A stretch of 45,864 bases of DNA, taken from positions 1 to 45,864 of the forward strand of contig JBJMMB010000531.1 of assembly GCA_045805005.1 (NCBI GenBank). Direction: 5' to 3'. This document shows, in pieces, positions 18,196 through 25,866 of this stretch (its first letter is position 1; each line of letters starts with the position of its first letter). Source of the DNA: Chloroflexia bacterium (GTDB lineage: Bacteria > Chloroflexota > Chloroflexia > QHBQ01 > JADMIH01). The notes under the pieces were generated by a model. That model saw only the letters and a program-made list of their open reading frames with translations, was not told the origin of the DNA and searched no databases. The translations under genes were made by a program, and so were the position numbers.

Positions 18196-20376
18196 CTATT
18201 CCTGACGTCGTTGCAGCCAGGAGGTGTCCCTGTCGCGGGCGCCGGGTGGGCGGTCGGGGCCCACAGGCCCTACAGGGCCGGCACCGCAGAAGCCGAAGTT
18301 GGTGCGAAGGAGGATGAAGTCGCTGGCCGTGATGGTGTCATCGCCGTTGAAGTCGGCGCTCGGGTTATAGTTCGGCCCGCCTAACGTGCTGCCGAATGAG
18401 GCGCTCACAAGGGTCATGTCGGCCACAGTTACGCAGTTGTCGTTGTTGCCGTCGCCCTCGGGCAGGCTCCCTATTTCCAGGTCGTTATAGCCGCTCGATA
18501 CGGCCGCGTATCCCGAGGTAGCCAGCGTATGCGACTCCTTGATGCGCCAGGCGTAGTAGCCCGGGCCGGTGCCGACCGTCAGCGTGAAGTACCCGCTATC
18601 GTCCGTCATAGCGTCAAGGTCCGAGAAGGGGTTGCTCTCCAGGCGCAGGGTCACGGTTAGAGGCACGTTCCAGCGGCGATCCGGCGGGGCGGGGCGGCCC
18701 TGCAAGTTCACGTGGCCGTGGAGCACCGGCAGCGCCCCCGGTGTGAAGGTGGGAGTGAGGGTGGCCTCTGGGGTGGGGCTGCGGGTGGGGGTGGCAGTTG
18801 GAGGGGTGCCCGTGCGGGTGGGGGTCGGCGTGTAACGGGCGGTGTTCACAGCGGCGAGGGCGTCGACGCGGCCATAGCCGAACGAGTTGTTAGGGATCAC
18901 GTTGCTCGGTATGCCCCCGCAGGTTTGCGGCGGGCTCACCGTCACCAGGGAGTCGGCTGTGTTTTGCAGCAGGAGCTTTGTCTCGGTAATGGCCCTCGAC
19001 AACTCCGGGTGGGCCGACCAGAGGAGGGCTACCACACCCGCCACGTGTGGGCTGGCCATCGAGGTGCCCGATAGGTTGCCGTATGTGCTGTCGTTGCTAT
19101 TGAGAGCGGACCGCACGCTCACGCCCGGCGCGGTCAGGTTGGGTTTCATCCGTCCCGAGCCATCAACCCCCACCGGACCTCGGCTGCTAAAGCCGGCGAG
19201 CGTGTTGTTATTGTCTATGGCCCCGATCGAGAAGGCCGCCTCGTAAATGCCCGGCGGGTCCACCACGCTGCCGCAAGCAGAGCCGTTGTTGCCCGTGGAC
19301 GCCGCTACAAATATGCCCGACGCCTGGGCCGACTCCACGGCTGCCTGCAGGGTGCCGGGGGCGCAGGTCTCGCTCGGTGGGCACCCCCAACTGTTGTTCA
19401 AAATGTGGGGTCGGAGGGCCGGGTTCGGGTTGTTCCCGCTCAGGTTCGTGGGAGCCGTGAAGAACTGGAAGCAGCTAATATAGGTGCTCGGCCGCCCGTC
19501 GCCCTGGTCCATATTGCGGCAACCCACCCATGTCGCGCCCGGGGCCACTCCTATCTGGTTGCCCGTGCCGTCGTCGCCCGCCATGGTGCCCGTCGTGTGG
19601 GTACCGTGGCCGCCGTCGTCGCACGGCACGTTGGAGGCATACCCGCAGGGGTTGGTGGTGTGCCCCGGCACCGGAGTGCGCACCGCGTCCCACCAGTTGT
19701 AGTTGTGGTCAGCGGTGGTGCCGTTCCAGCCGCGGTAGTGGGTCTTCAGCGCGTTATGGCTCCAGCGCACCCCCGTGTCCTGGCTGCCTATGACGATCCC
19801 CTGGCCGGTGTAGCCCATGGCCCACACCTGCGGCGCGTTCACGTTCTGCAAATTCCACTCAATTGCCTCGGGCGCCGCCGTTCGCCTCGCGTCGGACGCA
19901 GACACAGGATCATCTATCCCCTTGAAAGGGCGGTCCGACTCGATGCGTGTCACTTCGGGGCGGTTAGCGAGTGCGGTTACGAGGTCGCGGTCGCCCGACA
20001 CCACCAGGGCGTTGGCCACCCAGAGCGACTGGTATGGCACTCTCACACCCGATAGCATCGCCTGTACCCCCGCCTGCGACCTATCCGCGGCAGCTTTCAG
20101 GGTGTCATATACGAACCACCCTCGCTCGTCCTGGTCTTTGATGGCATAGCCTTTGGAGAGGTCGGGGATCTGCCCGAAGAGCACCAGGAACTGCGCGCTC
20201 TTGCCCGAGGCCGTATCGTCCAGCACGCGCCGCTCGATCTTCTGCGAGGCTGCCACGCCCGCGGGCTGCATAGCCGGCACGCCCGCCTCCGCCTGGCCTC
20301 CCCCACCAAAACCGATCCACATCGCGATGGCCAGCGCCACCAGCGCGAGCGCTTGAGACACTCTCTTGCTGTCTAT
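18196..20376 (-). CDS. Secreted S8 subtilase (bacillopeptidase F-like) with propeptide, Thr/Pro linker and C-terminal dockerin-like EF-hand pair
   Basis: Catalytic triad DTG / HGTHTTG / [11 protein letters not shown]; LNNSWG; tail [13 protein letters not shown]...[13 protein letters not shown]. The start is either GTG 20361 or ATA 20376 (AGGAG 7 nt upstream). Confidence 0.92.
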   Translation of the reverse strand: MDSKRVSQALALVALAIAMWIGFGGGGQAEAGVPAMQPAGVAASQKIERRVLDDTASGKSAQFLVLFGQIPDLSKGYAIKDQDERGWFVYDTLKAAADRSQAGVQAMLSGVRVPYQSLWVANALVVSGDRDLVTALANRPEVTRIESDRPFKGIDDPVSASDARRTAAPEAIEWNLQNVNAPQVWAMGYTGQGIVIGSQDTGVRWSHNALKTHYRGWNGTTADHNYNWWDAVRTPVPGHTTNPCGYASNVPCDDGGHGTHTTGTMAGDDGTGNQIGVAPGATWVGCRNMDQGDGRPSTYISCFQFFTAPTNLSGNNPNPALRPHILNNSWGCPPSETCAPGTLQAAVESAQASGIFVAASTGNNGSACGSVVDPPGIYEAAFSIGAIDNNNTLAGFSSRGPVGVDGSGRMKPNLTAPGVSVRSALNSNDSTYGNLSGTSMASPHVAGVVALLWSAHPELSRAITETKLLLQNTADSLVTVSPPQTCGGIPSNVIPNNSFGYGRVDALAAVNTARYTPTPTRTGTPPTATPTRSPTPEATLTPTFTPGALPVLHGHVNLQGRPAPPDRRWNVPLTVTLRLESNPFSDLDAMTDDSGYFTLTVGTGPGYYAWRIKESHTLATSGYAAVSSGYNDLEIGSLPEGDGNNDNCVTVADMTLVSASFGSTLGGPNYNPSADFNGDDTITASDFILLRTNFGFCGAGPVGPVGPDRPPGARDRDTSWLQRRQE

Positions 20377-20427
20377 GTGCTTGCTCCTACCACCACGCCG
20401 GATACTATCCCTGCCAGGGCCCCGATA

Positions 20428-20490
20428 AATTACGAACTACGAATTACGACTTGGGTTAGGGCTAATTCGTAATTCGTAATTATGTAATTC
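20428..20490. repeat. Inverted heptamer array (ATTACGA)n ... (TCGTAAT)n in the 5' region of the subtilase gene
   Basis: aattacgaactacgaattacga-cttgggttagggct-aattcgtaattcgtaattatgtaatt. Confidence 0.9.
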
Positions 20491-20611
20491 AGCGTCAGCC
20501 GGACATTTCCGCTGATGAGTAAACGCACTATCAGGGCTCCAGTATTACCCCCCGCACTTCTGGAACCTGGGCATCCTGCCGTTTCCGGCGCGTTCGCGAT
20601 TAGTAATCAAG

Positions 20612-20649
20612 ATTATACCACATTCGGCAGCTGGTTTGGGATGTATAAT
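20612..20649. promoter_or_regulatory. Back-to-back -10 boxes for the subtilase (minus) and the regulator (plus)
   Basis: Minus strand TGTGG-TATAAT (20612-20617); plus strand TATAAT (20644-20649). Confidence 0.55.
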
Positions 20650-20689
20650 CGTTAAGAAAGACCAGCAACGAACAGGATGGTACAGGACA

Positions 20690-23600
20690 GTGGGTAGCAA
20701 CGGACCGGAGGATTTGTCCATCCGGCTACTTGGAGGTTTTGAGGTAGCCGTGGATGGCCGCGCGCTGGAGGACGCCGCGTGGTCCTCGCGCAAAGCCGCC
20801 GATCTGGTCAAACTGCTCGCTCTGGGCAGAGGCCACACGCTGCACCGCGAACAGGCCATGGAGGCGCTTTGGCCACAACTCGCGCCCGAAGCTGCCGGCA
20901 ACCTGCGTAAAGCTCTGCACCACGCCCGGCGCGTGCTGGCATCAGGGGCCCCCGCCAACGCCCACCCATTCATCGGCTCAAGAGACGAGTTCTTGCTTCT
21001 CCGCGCACCAGGCGAATTATGGGTCGACGTCGATGCGTTTCGAGAAGCCGCCGCCCTGGCTCGCCGGTCAAGCGATCTCCAGGCCCATAAGGCGGCCATC
21101 GCCCTTTACGGGGGCGACCTCCTGCCCGAGGTTCCTTACGAGGAGTGGGCCATTGCTCCGCGCGAAGAGCTGCGTGGTACTTTCCTCTCTCTCCTCGCCC
21201 AGGCCGCGCAGCTCTACGAAGGCGCGGGCGACCTGGAGGCCGCCATCGAAACTCTGGAGAGAGCATTCCAGGCCGACCCTCTAAACGAAGACATCTCCAC
21301 CGATTTGATGCGCCTCACGGCCCTTGTGGGCCGCCGCGGCCAGGCCCTCAAGCTATTTCGCCAACTCAAAGAAGGCCTGCGCAAAGAACTGGACGCCGAG
21401 CCCCAGGAAACGACGCAAAGCCTCTACCTGGACATAGAGGCGGGCCGCTTTCCCGGCAGCCAGAAGCAAGGGCCTGTTGCGGCGCAAGCGCCGCGCACCC
21501 CTCCACCCAGGGTCATGCACAATCTGCTGGTGCAACTTACCAGCTTCGTGGGGCGCAAGGCCGAGATGGACGAGATCGAGAGGCTGCTCTCCCCGCACGC
21601 CGCTCCTCACTCAAGCTTGCTCACCCTGACCGGGCCGGGCGGCTCAGGAAAGACCCGCCTGGCTATCGAAATCGCCTCCAAGCTCGTGCAAAGCTACGCA
21701 GACGGGGTGTGGCTCGTCGAGCTCGCGGGCGTGTCGAACTCTGACCTGGTGCCCCAGGCCGTAGCCTCCGCTCTCAGGGTGCGCGACCAGCCCGAACGCT
21801 CTCTGGTCGATACGCTCTCAGAATACCTCTATCCCCGGCATCTGCTCCTCCTGCTGGACAACTGCGAGCACGTTATAGAGGCCTGCGCCGGCCTGGTCAA
21901 TACGCTCCTTCGCGCTTGCCCGCGCCTGCAGATCCTGGCCACCAGCCGCGAGCGGCTCAATATCCCCGGCGAGACAACCTGGCTCGTCCCTCCCCTCACC
22001 GCTCCTGATCACGATCTGGACGCCGCGCCCGATAGCATGCTCCCATCCCAGCTCCTGCGCTACGAGGCTGCGCAGCTCTTCGCCGACCGGGCGGCGCTCG
22101 CTTCCTCCACCTTCAGGCTGGATAGCCATAATGCCCTGGCGGTCGCGCAGATATGCCGGCGCCTGGATGGTATCCCCCTCGCCATCGAGCTCGCCGCCGC
22201 CCGCGTCCGCATGCTCTCCGCCGAGCAGATAGTCGAGCGGTTGGACCACTCCTTCCTCCTGCTGAACGCCGGCAGCCGCACCGCCCTGCCCCGCCACCAG
22301 ACCCTCAGGGCCACTGTCGATTGGAGCTTCAGCCTGCTGGACCCCAGAGAGCGCACCCTCTTTTGCAGGCTGTCCGTCTTCGCCGGCGGCTTCGACCTCG
22401 AGGCCGTCGAGGAAGTCTGCTCCGATGAAACCGTCCCACACGCCGAGGTGCTGGATATCCTGTCCCACCTCATTGACAAGTCTCTCGTCGTAGTGGTAAC
22501 GGCGGGCTCCCCACTACGCGGAATTACGCCTTACGAATTACGAATTACGAATTCCCCGGCTCGGTATCGCCTGCTGGAAACCCTCCGCCAGTACGGGCGC
22601 GAGAGGCTGGCGGAAAGCGATGATGAGGCCGGTCTGCTCGCGCGCCACGCCCGGTACTTTGCCGTTCTGTGCGCGGAGGCTAATCCACAACTCTATGGTC
22701 CCGCCCAGATGGAGTGGTTCAACAAGCTCAACACCGAGCTCGACAATCTGCGCGTCGCCCTCGACTGGTGCCGTGCGCACGACCCTCAGCTGGGCCTTCT
22801 CCTGGCGGGTAGCCTCTCCCGTTTCTGGGATAGCCAGGGCTATGTGACGGAAATGAGGAAGAGGCTCAACGAGCTGCTCGAAATAGCGCCTCCCGGCACT
22901 CCGGTGCGGGCCAGGGCGCTCTACACTTCGGGTTTTCTGGCCTCTCGCCAGGGCGATAACGTGGACGGGTCGCACTTGCTTAAGGAGAGCCTTGCTCTGT
23001 TCACCGAGCTTGGCGATGAGGCGGGCATGGCGACCGCTCTGGAAAGGTTGGGGGTCTCGATAGCGCTCCTGGGCAACTACGAGCAAGGTGTCGAGTGCCT
23101 GGAAAGGAGCGTGGTGCTCTTCCGCAAGATTGACTACAAATCAGGACTGTCCTGGGCGCTTGGAAGCACAGGTATGGTGGTACGCGGGCGCGGGCAGGGT
23201 GAGTACGAGCGAGCCCTCGGCGCGCTGACTGAGAGCTCCACCCTCGCTCGTGAGATAGGCGACCTGCACACCCTTGCCTTTGCCTTGAACAACCTCGGGC
23301 AGCTTGCCCGTACTCAGGGTGATTTTGTGGCCGCACGGGCCCTTCTTGACGAAAGCCTGGAACTTGCGCGTAGAATGAACAATAAGCCGACGATCTCCTG
23401 GACCCTGGAAAGCCTCGCCACCGTGGTACGCATGAGCGGAGATTACCGTGCCGGTTGGCCCATGTTGAAAGAGAGCCTTCAACTGGCTCGCGAGATCGGC
23501 TACAACAGACACCTCGCCCGGTGCATCTACACGGCTGCGATACAGGCCGTGCTTCTAGGATCCATGGAGAACGGCGTACGCCTGTTTGCCGCCGTTGACA

Positions 23601-23794
23601 GGCTGCACCCCGCTGCCAGGCTGTCTCTGGACGAGGACGAAAAAGTGGAGTGGGACCAGTCTCTAGAGACCGCTCGCGATGCTCTTGACGGGGGTACCTT
23701 CATTCGATTGTGGACCGAAGGCGAAGCCCTCTCCTGGGACCAGGCGTCCGAGATCGCGCTCAATGCGGTCTCCTTTGACAACGCGGATTCCTAG
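20690..23794 (+). CDS. AfsR/SARP-like transcriptional regulator: wHTH + BTAD + STAND (NB-ARC-like) NTPase + TPR
   Basis: IRLLGGFEV...LHREQAMEALWP, VDVDAF, LYGGDLL (BTAD); Walker A GPGGSGKT; LLLLDNCEH; GIPLAIELAAAR; C-terminal TPRs. The GTG 20690 start is inferred. Confidence 0.92.
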   Translation: MGSNGPEDLSIRLLGGFEVAVDGRALEDAAWSSRKAADLVKLLALGRGHTLHREQAMEALWPQLAPEAAGNLRKALHHARRVLASGAPANAHPFIGSRDEFLLLRAPGELWVDVDAFREAAALARRSSDLQAHKAAIALYGGDLLPEVPYEEWAIAPREELRGTFLSLLAQAAQLYEGAGDLEAAIETLERAFQADPLNEDISTDLMRLTALVGRRGQALKLFRQLKEGLRKELDAEPQETTQSLYLDIEAGRFPGSQKQGPVAAQAPRTPPPRVMHNLLVQLTSFVGRKAEMDEIERLLSPHAAPHSSLLTLTGPGGSGKTRLAIEIASKLVQSYADGVWLVELAGVSNSDLVPQAVASALRVRDQPERSLVDTLSEYLYPRHLLLLLDNCEHVIEACAGLVNTLLRACPRLQILATSRERLNIPGETTWLVPPLTAPDHDLDAAPDSMLPSQLLRYEAAQLFADRAALASSTFRLDSHNALAVAQICRRLDGIPLAIELAAARVRMLSAEQIVERLDHSFLLLNAGSRTALPRHQTLRATVDWSFSLLDPRERTLFCRLSVFAGGFDLEAVEEVCSDETVPHAEVLDILSHLIDKSLVVVVTAGSPLRGITPYELRITNSPARYRLLETLRQYGRERLAESDDEAGLLARHARYFAVLCAEANPQLYGPAQMEWFNKLNTELDNLRVALDWCRAHDPQLGLLLAGSLSRFWDSQGYVTEMRKRLNELLEIAPPGTPVRARALYTSGFLASRQGDNVDGSHLLKESLALFTELGDEAGMATALERLGVSIALLGNYEQGVECLERSVVLFRKIDYKSGLSWALGSTGMVVRGRGQGEYERALGALTESSTLAREIGDLHTLAFALNNLGQLARTQGDFVAARALLDESLELARRMNNKPTISWTLESLATVVRMSGDYRAGWPMLKESLQLAREIGYNRHLARCIYTAAIQAVLLGSMENGVRLFAAVDRLHPAARLSLDEDEKVEWDQSLETARDALDGGTFIRLWTEGEALSWDQASEIALNAVSFDNADS

Positions 23795-23804
23795 CAACAA
23801 AGAA

Positions 23805-23868
23805 GAACGCAAAAAGAACAAACCGGTAACAAACCGGCAACGCTGCCGGAACAGGCGCCACTTATGAT
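23805..23868 (+). promoter_or_regulatory. 11-bp-periodic direct repeats followed by a TATGAT -10 box (putative SARP-type activated promoter)
   Basis: gaacgcaaaaa|gaacaaaccgg|taacaaaccgg|caacgctgccg|gaacaggcgcc; AAC at 23806/17/28/39/50; TATGAT at 23863-23868. Confidence 0.6.
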
Positions 23869-23919
23869 CAACTCAATCGCAAGTGGCGCTTCTCTTTTTG
23901 AGAACCCCACCGGACGTGA

Positions 23920-24135
23920 CGCAGGGGCCCTTCCTGCCGGGGGTTGGATGCTCCCCAACTATCCCCCTTTCTCCCCAGGAAGGGGTGCAGGGGCCTCCCC
24001 ACCGGGGTCCGGGGGATTGGAGCCCAACTCTCTCCACACAAGGGGTGCAGGGGGCTCCCTGCCGGGGCTTTGGGGGATTGGAGCCCAACTACCTGCCCTT
24101 TCTCCCCTCCTTTGGGGGCGGGGGCCAGCCCCCGA
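23920..24135 (+). repeat. Tandem ~60-bp GGGGTGCAGGG..CCCTGCCGGG..ATTGGAGCCCAAC units
   Basis: Same family as 7750-7935; lies in the rhodanese leader. Confidence 0.85.
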
Positions 24136-24178
24136 TTATTCGCAAGAACCAATTTCAAAATCGAAAGGAGAACAACCA

Positions 24179-25057
24179 ATGGCGAACACACCCACCGAGT
24201 ACGCGAAACCCGATGCGCTGGTTAGCACCGGCTACGTCGTCCGGCACCTCGGTAGCCCGGAGATCCGCGTGGTCGAGGTAGACGTAGACACTTCGGCGTA
24301 CGAGCGGGGCCACATCCCTGGCTCTATCGCCTGGAATTGGTCTACCGAGTTGTGCGACACCGTCGTGCGCGACATTATCCCCCGGAACAAGCTCGAACAG
24401 CTAATGAGCCGGTCAGGTATCGGCCACGACACGACTGTGATCTTGTACGGCGACAACAATAACTGGTTCGCCGCCTGGGCGTTCTGGCAGCTCAAGATGT
24501 ATGGGTACCGAGACGTGCGCCTCATGGACGGCGGGCGCAAGAAGTGGGTGGAGGAAGGACGCATACTCACTGTGGAGCAGCCCACCGTCATACCTGCCCG
24601 TTACGTGGCCGCCAGACCCGATTTCTCGGTTCGCGCCTTCCTGCCGGAGGTGAGGCAGGTAGTGCGCCAGCATGCGTACGGCAATGGCCGCTCAAACGGC
24701 ACGATACTTGTCGACGTGCGCAGCCCACAGGAATATACCGGGGAGGTGCTCGCCCCGCCCAACCTGCCGGAGACCTGCCAGCGTGGCGGGCACATCCCCG
24801 GTGCGAAGAACGTGCCCTGGGCGAAGGCGTGCAACGACGACGGCACCTTCAAGGACTACGACGACCTGCGCGCACTCTACCAGGACATGGGCGTCACGTC
24901 GGACAAGCGAGTGATCACATACTGCCGGATCGGGGAGCGTTCCAGCCATAGCTGGTTCGCGCTGACCTACCTGCTCGGCTACCAGAATGTGCGTAACTAC
25001 GACGGCTCGTGGACCGAGTGGGGCAACCTGGTGGGAGCCCCTGTAGAGACATCCTGA
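24179..25057 (+). CDS. Thiosulfate sulfurtransferase (two-domain rhodanese, CysA/SseA type)
   Basis: AAAGGAG before ATG 24179; GHIPG twice; active-site loop YCRIGERS; NYDGSWTEWG. Confidence 0.95.
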   Translation: MANTPTEYAKPDALVSTGYVVRHLGSPEIRVVEVDVDTSAYERGHIPGSIAWNWSTELCDTVVRDIIPRNKLEQLMSRSGIGHDTTVILYGDNNNWFAAWAFWQLKMYGYRDVRLMDGGRKKWVEEGRILTVEQPTVIPARYVAARPDFSVRAFLPEVRQVVRQHAYGNGRSNGTILVDVRSPQEYTGEVLAPPNLPETCQRGGHIPGAKNVPWAKACNDDGTFKDYDDLRALYQDMGVTSDKRVITYCRIGERSSHSWFALTYLLGYQNVRNYDGSWTEWGNLVGAPVETS

Positions 25058-25142
25058 CCCCGTTCGCCCACCAATTAAACCCACAGTTCTCCAAAATCAA
25101 GTCCTCCCTTGATATAAGTACTGTTTTTAGAGAGGCAATAAG

Positions 25143-25364
25143 ATGATAGACTGGAATGCAAAGATCGAGATAGACAGATATAAAGAGCGTGTAGCACAGG
25201 CAGAGCGCAATTATGAAGTGAATCAGGCCTTGTACGGGGATGGCCCACGCCCGGATGCATCCTCGAAGGTGCTGAGGCTCGCCGGCACGCTGCTCGTAGA
25301 CCTCGGCAAGAAGCTACAACGTCGAGGAGGCAAACCCGCCCTGGAACCCGATAGTCTGTCCTGA
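25143..25364 (+). CDS. Small helical hypothetical protein (73 aa)
   Basis: GAGG RBS; AT-rich upstream region; amphipathic helices DRYKERVAQAERN and LRLAGTLLVDLGKKLQRR. Confidence 0.75.
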   Translation: MIDWNAKIEIDRYKERVAQAERNYEVNQALYGDGPRPDASSKVLRLAGTLLVDLGKKLQRRGGKPALEPDSLS

Positions 25365-25371
25365 GACTTAA

Positions 25372-25569
25372 TTCGCGGGCCACAAAGAGCCCGGTCGCCC
25401 TAAAAGTACCTAACAAAAACACTAACGCGAATCATGGCGGGTAGGGGCGAACCTTGTGTTCGCCCTCTCACCCAGGCACAAAGGCCACAGGGCGAACACA
25501 AGGTTCGCCCCTAACCCAGGCGGTGTTGTTAGGAAATCTTAGGTGACCAGGCTCTTTGTGGCCCGCGAA
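25372..25569. repeat. ~50-bp outer inverted repeat enclosing a GTAG-type REP doublet (25441-25513)
   Basis: TTCGCGGGCCACAAAGAGCCcGGTC...CCTAACAA pairs with TTGTTAGG...GACCaGGCTCTTTGTGGCCCGCGAA; inner GTAGGGGCGAACCTTGTGTTCGCCCT / AGGGCGAACACAAGGTTCGCCCCTA. Confidence 0.9.
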
Positions 25570-25866
25570 GCAGCTTGCTCCCGTATAGCCCTCAACTAGG
25601 TCGCAGACCAACCCCCAATCGGCGACCACCTTTTCTATAGCACCCAACTCAGGCCGCCCACCACCTATCCCACTTTAGCTACAAATAATAACCAAGGCTC
25701 ACTTTCCCCATTTTCCGTCCGCCACGCACGACCCACCCCCGACATGGTGAAAACGGGAAATTCCCCATCCTGGCCCCTACCACTCATCCTGCTGCAAATA
25801 GTATCAATCTCCCCGACCCCGGAGAGATCGTCCATCGTCCATCGTCTCTTTTCTGACCCCCGTCCC

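Noticed and set aside
23864-24178. N-terminal extension of the rhodanese in the 397-aa track ORF
   Set aside because: It translates the repeat array; a strong AAAGGAG precedes ATG 24179 and family similarity begins there.
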